Source: a virus
Taxonomy: Duplodnaviria; Heunggongvirae; Uroviricota; Caudoviricetes
Reading direction: 5' to 3' (one strand)
Length of the DNA: 42,307 nucleotides
Virus record (IMG/VR): IMGVR_UViG_2541047692_000013
Notes under the pieces: generated by a model
What the model saw: only the letters and a program-made list of their open reading frames with translations
What the model was told of the DNA's origin: nothing
The model's database searches: none
Shown: one piece after another, positions 1-8,888 of the stretch
Layout: each line of letters opens with the position of its first letter
How positions within the stretch are numbered: the stretch's first letter is position 1
Made by a program: the position numbers and the translations under genes

Positions 1-516
1 ATGAAATTAAAAAAATGTCTTCTGCCTGTGGCAATGTTAGCGTCATTTACTCTGGCAGGATGCCAGTCAAATGCTGATGATCATGCCGCCGATGTTTATC
101 AAACCGATCAACTGAATACCAAACAAGAAACTAAAACCGTTAATATTATTTCCATTCTTCCCGCAAAAGTTGCCGTAGACAACGCCCAAAATAAACGGAA
201 CGCACAAGCCTTCGGCGCGCTTATTGGCGCTGTCGCTGGCGGTGTTATCGGCCACAACGTCGGGTCTGGCAGCAATTCCGGAACGACAGCAGGTGCAGTT
301 GGCGGCGGAGCTGTTGGCGCAGCAGCGGGTTCTATGGTGAATGATAAAACCTTAGTGGAAGGTGTTTCTTTAACATATAAGGAAGGCACCAAAGTGTATA
401 CCTCCACCCAGGTGGGTAAAGAGTGCCAGTTTACGACAGGTTTAGCCGTTGTTATTACCACGACGTATAACGAAACGCGTATTCAGCCAAATACCAAATG
501 TCCTGAAAAGAGCTAA
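1..516 (+). CDS. glycine-zipper lipoprotein (YcfJ-like); probable host gene
   Basis: Lipoprotein signal with lipobox LAGC; Gly-rich zipper segment GALIGAVAGGVIGHNVGSG typical of YcfJ/Rick_17kDa_Anti-type proteins; lies outside the phage lysis cassette. Confidence 0.55.
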   Translation: MKLKKCLLPVAMLASFTLAGCQSNADDHAADVYQTDQLNTKQETKTVNIISILPAKVAVDNAQNKRNAQAFGALIGAVAGGVIGHNVGSGSNSGTTAGAVGGGAVGAAAGSMVNDKTLVEGVSLTYKEGTKVYTSTQVGKECQFTTGLAVVITTTYNETRIQPNTKCPEKS

Positions 517-531
517 TAATCAGGAGGAGTC

Positions 532-1071
532 ATGAAGAAAGTTTTTCTTTGCGCCATCTTAGCCTCCTTAAGCTATCCGGCTATCGCCTCATCATTGCAG
601 GATCAACTCTCGGCTGTCGCAGAAGCGGAACAGCAAGGTAAAAATGAAGAGCAAAGGCAGCATGACGAATGGGTCGCGGAGCGCAACAGGGAAATCCAGC
701 AAGAGAAGCAACGTCGCGCAAACGCCCAGGCCGCGGCTAATAAAAGAGCGGCAACGGCAGCAGCGAATAAGAAAGCTCGTCAGGATAAACTGGACGCCGA
801 AGCCACTGCGGACAAAAAACGCGATCAAAGTTATGAAGATGAGCTACGTAGCTTAGAGATTCAGAAGCAAAAACTGGCGCTGGCGAAAGAAGAAGCCCGC
901 GTTAAGCGCGAAAACGAATTTATCGATCAGGAACTGAAGCACAAAGCTGCGCAAACCGATGTGGTGCAATCTGAAGCTGACGCAAACAGAAATATGACTG
1001 AAGGCGGTCGCGATCTGATGAAAAGCGTGGGTAAAGCAGAAGAGAACAAATCGGACAGCTGGTTTAACTAA
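532..1071 (+). CDS. secreted highly charged coiled-coil protein, function unknown; probable host gene
   Basis: ATG at 532 preceded by SD caggagg; N-terminal signal peptide (MKKVFLCAILASLSYPAIA); K/E/R/A-rich low-complexity body. Confidence 0.5.
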   Translation: MKKVFLCAILASLSYPAIASSLQDQLSAVAEAEQQGKNEEQRQHDEWVAERNREIQQEKQRRANAQAAANKRAATAAANKKARQDKLDAEATADKKRDQSYEDELRSLEIQKQKLALAKEEARVKRENEFIDQELKHKAAQTDVVQSEADANRNMTEGGRDLMKSVGKAEENKSDSWFN

Positions 1072-1115
1072 GCGATGTCAGTAACTTCAAGCCTATGATT
1101 CGTGAGTATAAAAAA

Positions 1116-1141
1116 CCCTCTGTAGTAACAGAGGGTTTTGT
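1116..1141 (+). terminator. intrinsic terminator after the two left-flank genes
   Basis: 8-bp stem ccctctgt/acagaggg (1116-1123 / 1128-1135), loop agta, followed by TTTT; A-run upstream so possibly bidirectional. Confidence 0.6.
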
Positions 1142-1289
1142 TCATTCATAGTACAGGGTTCAAATCATTCCCACTCAATTATTTACGACAATCATAACCA
1201 ATTGAGTGATAACATTTTTCCAAAACTTCATTTTTCTAGTACCGTTTTATATACCGTCACCGGAAATCAGTACCATGAAAAATGCCATG

Positions 1290-1772
1290 CTATCTGGTCA
1301 GGGTATCGTATTGTTTTTCGCAGACTCTTCCGGCTTCGGCTGCCCGGTCAGCATACTCTGCCAGTTGTCTGTTTCTCTCGAGAGATTTGCTGAGCACGTC
1401 GGCAAGCAAAACTCCGGTGTCTGCGGCTGACGTCCCAGCGCCGACAATGGCGTTATACTGCCTGAGCTGCTCACGGATGGCAAAGAGTTGTTGCTGCAAC
1501 CGGCCAGCGCGAGCGGCAGCATCAAGAGCATCATTGCGCGCCTGGTCGATCCTCTGCTGCGCTTCACGTTCATTGATCGATTTCTCCTGTTCGTAGTGCT
1601 GACGAACTATCTCATCTTCAGCTTTGCGGTCTTCCTTCGCCTGCGCATACCCGGCATCGTACTGACGACTGCCGTGTGCATTCCAGGCTACAACTCCTGA
1701 TATGACCAGAACAGCAAGCATCGCCATGATAACCAACTGTTTCCAGTATGCTTTTGCGAATGCCCAGATCAT
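1290..1772 (-). CDS. i-spanin (Rz-like)
   Basis: N-terminal TM helix then coiled-coil periplasmic domain; start overlaps endolysin stop (ATGA); last gene of lysis cassette; contains embedded out-of-frame lipoprotein ORF. Confidence 0.6.
   Translation of the reverse strand: MIWAFAKAYWKQLVIMAMLAVLVISGVVAWNAHGSRQYDAGYAQAKEDRKAEDEIVRQHYEQEKSINEREAQQRIDQARNDALDAAARAGRLQQQLFAIREQLRQYNAIVGAGTSAADTGVLLADVLSKSLERNRQLAEYADRAAEAGRVCEKQYDTLTR
1298..1573 (-). CDS. o-spanin (Rz1-like lipoprotein), embedded in Rz in a different frame
   Basis: Signal peptide with lipobox LALAGC followed by short proline-rich mature domain; lies entirely inside the Rz ORF, the classic Rz/Rz1 arrangement. Confidence 0.55.
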   Translation of the reverse strand: MNVKRSRGSTRRAMMLLMLPLALAGCSNNSLPSVSSSGSITPLSALGRQPQTPEFCLPTCSANLSRETDNWQSMLTGQPKPEESAKNNTIP

Positions 1773-2398
1773 ACCGCCAGCACCTTACTGGCAGTGATGT
1801 ATCGCGCGCGCCGGTCATCAATGCCGTTCCGGCCACCATTGATAAGCAGAGTTACACGTGCAATATCTCCGGTATACTTCATGCAACCTTTGCTGGAGAA
1901 GAACCACGCCGCGCTACGAGCCGCGTATTCGTCCTGCGCCAACAGTTCAGGATTCTCCAGCAGGTCAACTTTCAGACCGTTTCCACAGTCACGATAGTTA
2001 TTCAAACCGGTAATCTGGATAAGCCCGCGCCCACGGTAATTCCAGCCATCACCAGGGGCATTGTTCCCCATGCGTTTGCTGTACACCAGATTGGCGATCG
2101 CTCGCTGGCGCTCGAGTGGCAATGGTGGCTCACCAGCACGGCGACCAAGTGCATTAGCCTGCCCCTGAGTGAGACGCCCAGCCCGAACGAAGTTAGCCAG
2201 TCCGCTGACGCTGTAGTTGAAATTCTCCTGCAACCGGGTGAAGCCCCCAGACTCATGCCCGACTTGAGCAATAAACATTGCCTGATCTTCTGCTTTGCTG
2301 ATACCAAACTCTTTCATCGCAGAAGTTATATGCGAGAACCAGCGTGCGGCCAGCGCCTCGCTAATACCAGCAGCTCGCTGGAATTGTTTAATCTCCAT
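1769..2398 (-). CDS. endolysin, glycoside hydrolase family 19 (chitinase-like)
   Basis: Start reassigned to ATG 2396-2398 (MEIKQF...) with SD gaggt 6 nt upstream; the ORF-track N-terminal extension is discounted. GH19-like motifs ([24 protein letters not shown]). Confidence 0.8.
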   Translation of the reverse strand: MEIKQFQRAAGISEALAARWFSHITSAMKEFGISKAEDQAMFIAQVGHESGGFTRLQENFNYSVSGLANFVRAGRLTQGQANALGRRAGEPPLPLERQRAIANLVYSKRMGNNAPGDGWNYRGRGLIQITGLNNYRDCGNGLKVDLLENPELLAQDEYAARSAAWFFSSKGCMKYTGDIARVTLLINGGRNGIDDRRARYITASKVLAV

Positions 2399-2696
2399 GT
2401 TTAGACCTCGATATTTTGAAAATCTGAACAACGTTACCGCGTGTTTTAATAACCGCGGCAAGCATGACAGCGTTGATAATGACCTCAGATAAATCCACAG
2501 CCATTGGCGTGCGTAACCAGATTGCATAGACGACACGAACAGGAATACTGGCCGCAGCAACAATAAGGAAATAAGCAAGCCACCCTCCCCATCTTCGATG
2601 TTGAGAGCCGTTACGCCGGAATGTGACAACGCGAATTGCTATGCCAGTACAAATAACTGCATTGGTGATAAGCAAAAAAAACTCATGCGTTACCAT
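2388..2696 (-). CDS. holin-like small membrane protein
   Basis: 102 aa, three predicted TM segments; strong SD ggggaga; directly upstream of endolysin. Confidence 0.5.
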   Translation of the reverse strand: MVTHEFFLLITNAVICTGIAIRVVTFRRNGSQHRRWGGWLAYFLIVAAASIPVRVVYAIWLRTPMAVDLSEVIINAVMLAAVIKTRGNVVQIFKISRSKHGD

Positions 2697-3087
2697 CGTC
2701 TTTTCTCCCCGGAATTAAATCGCGTGGATTGTCTGAACGGTGGTAGAGCCATATACCAATACGCACAGCGACAATTGCTGACACGAATGCGCCAGCAGAG
2801 AAAACAATCCCTTTTTCAAAAGAGTCCTGCGTGATGGTAGGGATCAGGCTGGCTATGCCGATAAGAATTGATGCTGCTGGTTTGTAGAAAAGAAGTCCGC
2901 AGAGAAAGCTAAGCATCGATAAGAGTACGCGACGATGAATTGGGTACTCTACCGCAGAGGTAACAAAAATTACCGCACCAGCCAAAGACCCTAAAGCAAC
3001 CTCAGGAGGAACTCCTGCTATAACCGCAGCAAGAGAACTCATACTAAGCCATTGATTTAAAGATTCGCTGGTTAGCTGAACTGACAT
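2683..3087 (-). CDS. holin or lysis-associated multi-TM membrane protein
   Basis: Start taken as ATG 3085-3087 (MSVQLT...) with SD ggtgg at 5 nt; several hydrophobic helices; first gene of lysis cassette. Confidence 0.45.
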   Translation of the reverse strand: MSVQLTSESLNQWLSMSSLAAVIAGVPPEVALGSLAGAVIFVTSAVEYPIHRRVLLSMLSFLCGLLFYKPAASILIGIASLIPTITQDSFEKGIVFSAGAFVSAIVAVRIGIWLYHRSDNPRDLIPGRKDDGNA

Positions 3088-3189
3088 AAAGACCACCGTT
3101 TAATGTGCATGAAGCCCCACTTAGTTAGTGAAATAACACACATATTAAACCATATATGAATCACATTTAAACGGATAACTCTTCACGAA

Positions 3190-3206
3190 ATTACCCTATA
3201 GGTGAT
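3190..3206. promoter_or_regulatory. operator-like palindrome aTTACCctataGGTGAt (one mismatch) in divergent lysis / acetyltransferase promoter region
   Basis: Member of the recurring TTACC-N5-GGTAA family; 36 bp upstream of the acyltransferase ATG; TATCAT -10-like hexamer abuts it. Confidence 0.45.
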
Positions 3207-3241
3207 ATCATTGGGTTATCCTATTCAAAACGATAGCAATT

Positions 3242-5182
3242 ATGTCTTATTTAAAATACAGAACAGATATTGATGGGCTGCGAGCTATTGCGGTTTTGCT
3301 GGTCGTGCTGTACCACGCAAACTTTCCTATTCATGGTGGTTTTATTGGTGTAGATGTTTTTTTCGTCATATCAGGATATCTCATTACCAACATCATATAT
3401 AAAGAGACTAAAAGAAATATTTTTTCATTCCTTAATTTTTACAAACGTCGAATAAAGCGATTGCTCCCAGCTTTTGCTTTTCTTCTTTTATTTTTATTTG
3501 TTTACTGCAAATTATATTTGATGCCAGATGAACTTATATCATTCTCTAAAAGTGCGGTATACGCTCTTCTTGGCATAAGCAATTTCTATTTTTTTAGTAG
3601 CACAGGTTACTTTAACTCAACCTCTTATGAACCGCTTTTACACACATGGTCGCTTTCCGTTGAAGAGCAGTTCTACATTGTATGGCCTTTCATCGTTTTC
3701 ATGCTCGCTCGGAACTCAGGGACAAAAAAAGCAATAATAATATCCTCATTACTATTTATTGTATTCCTTGGTATTTCACAGTATGGAGCGGTTAATTATA
3801 AAACAGCAGCGTATCTCCTACTGCCTTTTAGGTTCTTTGAGTTGCTCTCAGGTGCCCTACTTGCTATCTATAAAGATTCAATAACAAAACATCTGCGCCA
3901 CGGTTCTGTAATTTCACTGGTCGGCGTAATGCTGATTGTGTTGAGTTCATTATTTATAAATTCTAACACGCCATTTCCTGGGTTCACTGTTTTGCCTACA
4001 TGTTTAGGCGCTGTAATGCTTATTGCTGCAGGTGACTCATCCAAAAACTTCATTTCTAAAGTGCTGTCTTTAACTCCAGTTGTTTATGTAGGAAGAATTT
4101 CCTACTCTCTTTATTTATGGCACTGGCCTGTACTGATTCTTGCTGAATACAGGGGTATCGATCTTACGGCCTTAAATGCGACGGCGCTCATACTTATCGC
4201 ATTCATCATGGCAAGCATAAGCTATCACTTCGTTGAAAAGCCATTTAGGAAGGATTCGCTGCAATATTTCAGGACTGCATTTATAACCATCTACTTGATA
4301 CCATTAATAGTATCCGCTGCCTATGCAGCGTACATTTTAAAAAATGATGGTTTTCGCGCCAAAAGTTCAGAGTTAGTATCTGAATTAGAAGAGAGAAACG
4401 CGACAAATATTATGCGCCCACAGTGTATTGATAAATTATTTATCGGTAATGTAAATGACTGTCATCTTGGCGTTAATAAAGGCGAAGTAGATGGCGTGCT
4501 TCTTGGTGACTCCTTTGGTAATGCATATGCTTACTTTATTGATGAACTTGCGAAAGATGCTGGAATATCAATAACAGATACTACATATAGCTCAACACCT
4601 GTAATATCAGGAATTTATGTGCAGGATATCAGAAATAAGATATCTGACATAGATGCTAACCTGATAATGACATATACAAAAAACAGGCTGGAGTATGCAG
4701 CAAAACAAAAGTTCGCGATAATTTCCGTTTTTTGGGATCAGTACGGGCCACAAAATAATTACTTCCGTATCTTCGATAAAAACGGTGACGTATCGGAGAA
4801 TGCTTACCAGTTGCAATCTGAAGCAATAAAATATCTGCTGTCCAATGGCGTGAAAGTTTACATCATTGCAAGACCTTACCAGTCTATTGGCCCTGCTGCG
4901 ATAAACAAACTGCGCCAAATTAAGCTACGGCATGGGGATGTAACAACTGAAAAATATGAATACGGCGTAAAGAAAGATGATCGGATAGAATACAAGTTAA
5001 AGCAGGAGTTCCCTCAGATAACGCTAATCGATCCTAACGATGTACTTTGCCACAAAGGGGAATGTGATGCCATCGTGGATGGGAAGATCATTTTCAGAAC
5101 TGATGGTTCACACCTGAATGCTGTTGGAGCAAAAAAAATCGGGGAAGAGTATTTGAAAAACTACGCAAACCCATTTCGATAA
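3242..5182 (+). CDS. O-antigen acetyltransferase-like (acyltransferase-3 membrane domain plus SGNH-type C-terminal domain); serotype-conversion moron
   Basis: N-terminal multi-TM acyltransferase-3 signature (DGLRAIAVLLVVLYH..., FFVISGYLIT); long periplasmic C-terminal domain as in OafA-type enzymes; visibly AT-rich; converges on tailspike. Confidence 0.75.
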   Translation: MSYLKYRTDIDGLRAIAVLLVVLYHANFPIHGGFIGVDVFFVISGYLITNIIYKETKRNIFSFLNFYKRRIKRLLPAFAFLLLFLFVYCKLYLMPDELISFSKSAVYALLGISNFYFFSSTGYFNSTSYEPLLHTWSLSVEEQFYIVWPFIVFMLARNSGTKKAIIISSLLFIVFLGISQYGAVNYKTAAYLLLPFRFFELLSGALLAIYKDSITKHLRHGSVISLVGVMLIVLSSLFINSNTPFPGFTVLPTCLGAVMLIAAGDSSKNFISKVLSLTPVVYVGRISYSLYLWHWPVLILAEYRGIDLTALNATALILIAFIMASISYHFVEKPFRKDSLQYFRTAFITIYLIPLIVSAAYAAYILKNDGFRAKSSELVSELEERNATNIMRPQCIDKLFIGNVNDCHLGVNKGEVDGVLLGDSFGNAYAYFIDELAKDAGISITDTTYSSTPVISGIYVQDIRNKISDIDANLIMTYTKNRLEYAAKQKFAIISVFWDQYGPQNNYFRIFDKNGDVSENAYQLQSEAIKYLLSNGVKVYIIARPYQSIGPAAINKLRQIKLRHGDVTTEKYEYGVKKDDRIEYKLKQEFPQITLIDPNDVLCHKGECDAIVDGKIIFRTDGSHLNAVGAKKIGEEYLKNYANPFR

Positions 5183-5185
5183 GGA

Positions 5186-5203
5186 GTGCGCCTCGCGGCG
5201 CAC
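5186..5203. terminator. GC-rich hairpin between convergent acetyltransferase and tailspike genes (no U-run)
   Basis: 7-bp stem gtgcgcc/ggcgcac with loop tcgc, in the 30-nt gap between the two stop codons. Confidence 0.35.
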
Positions 5204-5212
5204 ATGCCTAAA

Positions 5213-7444
5213 TTAAGACTTCTTAAGGTACGACCATGTAACAGTGGTCGTACCGCTGCTGGTAATAGATATATCCCTTTCTGATACGCTTGCTGTGAGG
5301 AACGCCGCAGTCTTCAGCGGCTGGATCATTGCTGTCGTACCATCATAAATTACCAGGAATGAAATCGCGTAGTTTGCACCTCCGCCAGAAACCCACACGT
5401 TAACATCATAAACTCCCTCAGAGTTTGGCAAAGTAAAGAGCACGGACGCTACGTTAGCGTTGACCGATTTAGTACCCTTGTCGGTATAGACCGTGGGCAC
5501 CTGAAGCCCATTGGCATTTTTATTTTCTACATACCCACCAGCAATAACGCCTGACGTGATGCAGTTCGTGTAGTTAACGTTGCCGGTGCTCACAGTAGAG
5601 ATGGTTGGAGTTCCTCCGGCCGGAGCCTGGAACCGGCAGTTATCTGCATCAACCTGCGAGGTTACATCTGTGTGGATGAATGATGGATAGCCGGCCATTC
5701 CTTCAAAAGCGATCGGCGTACCATCGAAGCTATCTTTGCAGTTCAGCATCTTCACGCGAGATCCATTTATCGCGCGGTAAAAATCAACGATACCATTAGA
5801 ACCACCGAAAGATGTTTTCAACTTGTTGCCAGAACCAACTGCCCCGACTATCGAAACGGTTGAATTATCGAATGTCATAAACGCCACCTCAAGTGCTGAG
5901 TTGTTGTTTATAACGTTCGCCTCACCATCAAAACCGGAGATAAGAAATCCGTGACAATTCGAAAGGTAAATAGCAGACTGACCGATAGACGCGTTGGAGT
6001 TTACTGTCATCTTATCTGCTGCGCAGTTCGTCATCTGCCCTGAAAGGAGGTTTGTTAAATACCACGCGCATACGCCACCCATTACATAGCAGGACTCATA
6101 ATGGATCGTCGTGCCGGTGTTTTTGTAGAAACCACCGCGACTGCGACGCACCCATACATGCTCAAGCCTAGACATATAATTTCCAGAGTCGTCATATACT
6201 CCCCACCATGCCCCATCTATATCGACGTTTTTAATCCTTATCAAACCCGGCGATGTCTCACCACCATTTATAAGAATGCCAATTTTACCGTCGTTTGTGG
6301 CAGCATCTGTTGGATAGTCAATTCCATTCTGATCATAGAAAATATATAAATTCTCAATATTTCCTGAAGCAAAAGACTCTCCATAATGTAAGCACGCTTT
6401 ATTTCCAATTACGGAAATAAAAGTCCCTGATCTATTTATTATGTTATTACACTCACCGTATACAGTTGCAGATGTATTCATCTTAATAGTGTCATTAACA
6501 AAATATGCATTTCCACCTGGAATAAACACATTTCGTCCAGTGTTAATAGCTGCCTGTATTCCTGCGTAGTCAAAAGACTGGGTAAGCGATGTCACAAATG
6601 GATATACCATTTGTGCTGCTGTCAATGTTGAAAACACTTCGCTTAACTGATGAAGTTTTCCATCGCCTGTAGCACCAAAATCTTTTGCACTAATAAAATC
6701 GCTGTTTTTATCATGCTGTGTACGAATAAATGAACTAATGAAAGGTTGCTTCACCGAGATCAGAGCATCGCCTTTCCCGTCCTCGCCGCTGGCCAACTGG
6801 TTGAATACGTCAGCCGCCGTTCCTGAAGGCACAGGGAACGGAACGGGCTTACCGTTGGCGATGCCGATTATGCTTCCTTCAAGTTGAGCGAGAGGTGGCA
6901 GCGGATCGATATAAGAATCAGGAACACGGATTGTATGGTCGATATTCGATAAAACCGTACTGTCCACATAATTCTTTGTGGATGCATCCTGCGGGTTTAC
7001 CGGGTCTTTCAGGTTTCGAATATAGTTGTTCAGCGCGTTATAATAATTTGCCACGAATGACGGCTTGCGCAGCGCCAAGCTAAACCAACTTCGAACCTGC
7101 TGGATCAGCATCGTTAGCTTATCAAAAGCATCCTCATGCACTTCTGCAAAGAACTTCCCCTGATTACGCAAATCAGTTTCCTGCGTAACCGGGAGCTCTC
7201 GTGATATAGAAATCTGGTAACCGTTAGCTAACGCCTTCGACAGAATTACATTACCGCCGTTATATCCACCAGCCCCAGTGACAGTGTAATCAGTATCCAG
7301 AGCCAGCACAGCGATATTTTCGTCAAGGTCAACCACCTGCACTACCAGATCAGATTCCTTGAAAACCCTAAAGGTATAAGGGAATGAAGTCGTAACGCCA
7401 TTGCCTGTGTATTCGTTGTGGTCAACTTCGGTTGAGACCGTCAT
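5213..7444 (-). CDS. tailspike / tail fibre protein with T7-type N-terminal adaptor domain and beta-helix-like receptor-binding domain
   Basis: N-terminus (YTGNGVTTSFPYTFRVF...DLVVQVVD...LDTDYTV) matches the conserved podovirus tail-fibre N-terminal domain; 743 aa; Gly/Asn/Thr-rich repeats. Confidence 0.75.
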   Translation of the reverse strand: MTVSTEVDHNEYTGNGVTTSFPYTFRVFKESDLVVQVVDLDENIAVLALDTDYTVTGAGGYNGGNVILSKALANGYQISISRELPVTQETDLRNQGKFFAEVHEDAFDKLTMLIQQVRSWFSLALRKPSFVANYYNALNNYIRNLKDPVNPQDASTKNYVDSTVLSNIDHTIRVPDSYIDPLPPLAQLEGSIIGIANGKPVPFPVPSGTAADVFNQLASGEDGKGDALISVKQPFISSFIRTQHDKNSDFISAKDFGATGDGKLHQLSEVFSTLTAAQMVYPFVTSLTQSFDYAGIQAAINTGRNVFIPGGNAYFVNDTIKMNTSATVYGECNNIINRSGTFISVIGNKACLHYGESFASGNIENLYIFYDQNGIDYPTDAATNDGKIGILINGGETSPGLIRIKNVDIDGAWWGVYDDSGNYMSRLEHVWVRRSRGGFYKNTGTTIHYESCYVMGGVCAWYLTNLLSGQMTNCAADKMTVNSNASIGQSAIYLSNCHGFLISGFDGEANVINNNSALEVAFMTFDNSTVSIVGAVGSGNKLKTSFGGSNGIVDFYRAINGSRVKMLNCKDSFDGTPIAFEGMAGYPSFIHTDVTSQVDADNCRFQAPAGGTPTISTVSTGNVNYTNCITSGVIAGGYVENKNANGLQVPTVYTDKGTKSVNANVASVLFTLPNSEGVYDVNVWVSGGGANYAISFLVIYDGTTAMIQPLKTAAFLTASVSERDISITSSGTTTVTWSYLKKS

Positions 7445-7547
7445 GTTAAATCTCCAGATAGTCGCAGCACCCGTTGCGCCGCATATCTGGTTATTCTATT
7501 ACCTGAAAAACCATATATGGATGGAAAGAGTGTTAATGTGAGCAGAT

Positions 7548-7564
7548 ATTACCTTTCAGGTGAT
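7548..7564. promoter_or_regulatory. operator-like palindrome aTTACCtttcaGGTGAt (one mismatch) in tailspike / antirepressor-domain divergent region
   Basis: Same family as the other TTACC-N5-GGTAA sites; about 100 bp upstream of tailspike start. Confidence 0.45.
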
Positions 7565-7600
7565 TCGCAAAACGTGCTGGATAGCAAACAAATTATTTGC

Positions 7601-7620
7601 TACTGTATAAACATACAGTT
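7601..7620. promoter_or_regulatory. LexA (SOS) box TACTGTATAAACATACAGTT
   Basis: CTGT-N8-ACAG with AT-rich spacer; 17/20 match to E. coli consensus TACTGTATATATATACAGTA; overlaps a TATAAA -10-like hexamer; 20 bp upstream of ATG 7640. Confidence 0.65.
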
Positions 7621-7639
7621 ATTGCATGGAGAAGATAAG

Positions 7640-7897
7640 ATGCAGCAGTATCACTATCCACTGGAAGAGGGATTTACCGAAAGGATTCACACGCCGGGAG
7701 GCGTCAGGTCACTGGTGGAAGGATCGCACTTGATGAAATTACTCCGGGATCTCGATAAGGATGGATTTAATGTCGATGGCCCACTTGCCGAACTGACTGC
7801 ACTGATTAACTACGTCACCAGCTCACAGATGTCTATGCAGGATCTGCAAACACATCTCGACTATTGTGCCGAACAACTACGAAAACAAACCACATAA
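7640..7897 (+). CDS. small protein homologous to the antirepressor C-terminal domain (stand-alone domain); candidate SOS-inducible antirepressor
   Basis: ATG 7640 with SD ggagaag; about 40% identity, gap-free, to the C-terminus of the Ant protein at 9045..9755 (IH.P.GV..L.E.S.LM.LL..L..DG..V.G..AELT...QTH). ORF track start 7517 would put the LexA box inside the CDS. Confidence 0.5.
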   Translation: MQQYHYPLEEGFTERIHTPGGVRSLVEGSHLMKLLRDLDKDGFNVDGPLAELTALINYVTSSQMSMQDLQTHLDYCAEQLRKQTT

Positions 7898-7903
7898 AGA
7901 AAA

Positions 7904-7919
7904 GGCCGCAAGAGCGGCC
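7904..7919. terminator. bidirectional terminator hairpin between convergent genes
   Basis: Stem ggccgc/gcggcc with loop aaga; T-rich on the minus-strand side, A-rich on the plus side. Confidence 0.5.
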
Positions 7920-8647
7920 TATCGTTTCGCTTTGTGCTCGTCCCAGCACGTTTTGCACCATGCCATTAAGCCATCCGCATTTTGATTATTAGGGTAAAAG
8001 CTGGTTCGTTTTCTGCGGACATTACAAATTGGGCACCACTTCATATGACGTGTATTCTTTGGGCCATCTAGACACCTTGCACACCACTTAGTCAATCCAT
8101 CTGGATTTTTTGACGATTTCCTGAATTTTTCATATGGAAGGTTTATTCTGCATCGCAAACACTGCTTGCGGGCACTTGAAACTTCGTTAGCTGATTCTTC
8201 TTTTGACGGCGATACAGAAGGTATTCTTGCTGGCTCTGATACTGCCTGAGGTGCTTTTTTAGGTGACTGAGACGATACGTCATCACCAGGGAATCTTCCA
8301 TGATATGCCGGACACGTTGACACTCCAGGTGGAAGCTCTGCTGTAAATGGCTTTGGCTGAATCAGTTGCCTCTCTTTTGCTAACTCCTGCTGTTTATAAT
8401 ATGTCTGGATTACCGCGCTATCATAAGCAGGAGGTACGGAAATATTAGGCGCATTATCTCCCGTTTTTTGAAACTGAGTGGAGGTGTGTTCTATCACCTG
8501 TGTACGATTAATCGTTATCTCCCCATCTTCAGTCTTTATCGTTTTGTTACGATTAACGACCGTACGATCAGAGATCTTAGTCTTGTTCTGGTGAAGGACA
8601 TAAATAATCACCGCAACCACACCAACAACTATCCAGAAAACTTCCAT
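7919..8647 (-). CDS. membrane-anchored protein with two C-terminal CxxC...CxxC zinc-ribbon-like repeats; function unknown
   Basis: N-terminal TM helix (VFWIVVGVVAVIIYVL); repeats CLRCRINLPYEKF...WCARC and CPICNVRRKRTSF...WCKTC; perfect operator 20 bp upstream of start. Confidence 0.5.
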   Translation of the reverse strand: MEVFWIVVGVVAVIIYVLHQNKTKISDRTVVNRNKTIKTEDGEITINRTQVIEHTSTQFQKTGDNAPNISVPPAYDSAVIQTYYKQQELAKERQLIQPKPFTAELPPGVSTCPAYHGRFPGDDVSSQSPKKAPQAVSEPARIPSVSPSKEESANEVSSARKQCLRCRINLPYEKFRKSSKNPDGLTKWCARCLDGPKNTRHMKWCPICNVRRKRTSFYPNNQNADGLMAWCKTCWDEHKAKR

Positions 8648-8666
8648 TGCTTTTCCTCACAATAAC

Positions 8667-8683
8667 ATTACCTTAAAGGTAAT
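8667..8683. promoter_or_regulatory. operator palindrome aTTACCttaaaGGTAAt (perfect)
   Basis: Perfect TTACC-N5-GGTAA; immediately upstream of the 7919..8647 start codon on the minus strand. Confidence 0.55.
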
Positions 8684-8731
8684 ATCTTGCTTTCAGGTGA
8701 TCAAGCGTTAAACGCCACCAACCAAATACGG

Positions 8732-8776
8732 TTGATTTTTATATTTCTCCGCGTTTATCATTACCTTTGCGGTAAA
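8732..8776 (+). promoter_or_regulatory. sigma70-like promoter (TTGATT, 18 bp, TATCAT) with perfect operator TTACCtttgcGGTAA overlapping -10/+1
   Basis: -35 at 8732-8737, -10 at 8756-8761, operator core 8761-8775. Confidence 0.5.
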
Positions 8777-8888
8777 TTTACATCGCACTCCTCTTGTGCC
8801 ATAGTAATCGGGCACTGGCAAAATCCAGTGCCGGGATTGGCGTCCCGGGTTACTAAGTGGCGCATACCACGCCAGACGTGGTTTTTTT
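8768..8888 (+). ncRNA. candidate small non-coding RNA, possibly antisense regulator of the downstream antirepressor mRNA
   Basis: Promoter at 8732-8761 and intrinsic terminator (ccacg-ccaga-cgtgg plus 7 T, 8867-8888); only an ATG-less ORF spans it; internal hairpins; two segments (8837-8843, 8853-8860) are collinearly complementary to the ant leader (8954-8961, 8968-8974). Confidence 0.3.

Noticed and set aside
1155-1175. GGTTCAAATC-containing stretch as a tRNA 3' remnant marking attL
   Set aside because: Flanking bases do not form a T-stem or acceptor stem and there is no CCA-proximal match; with the right end outside the window the att core cannot be confirmed.
7517-7639. N-terminal extension of the antirepressor-domain ORF (start at 7517)
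   Set aside because: It would place the operator-like site and the LexA box inside the coding sequence, and the extension has no similarity to Ant; ATG 7640 with SD ggagaag is preferred.
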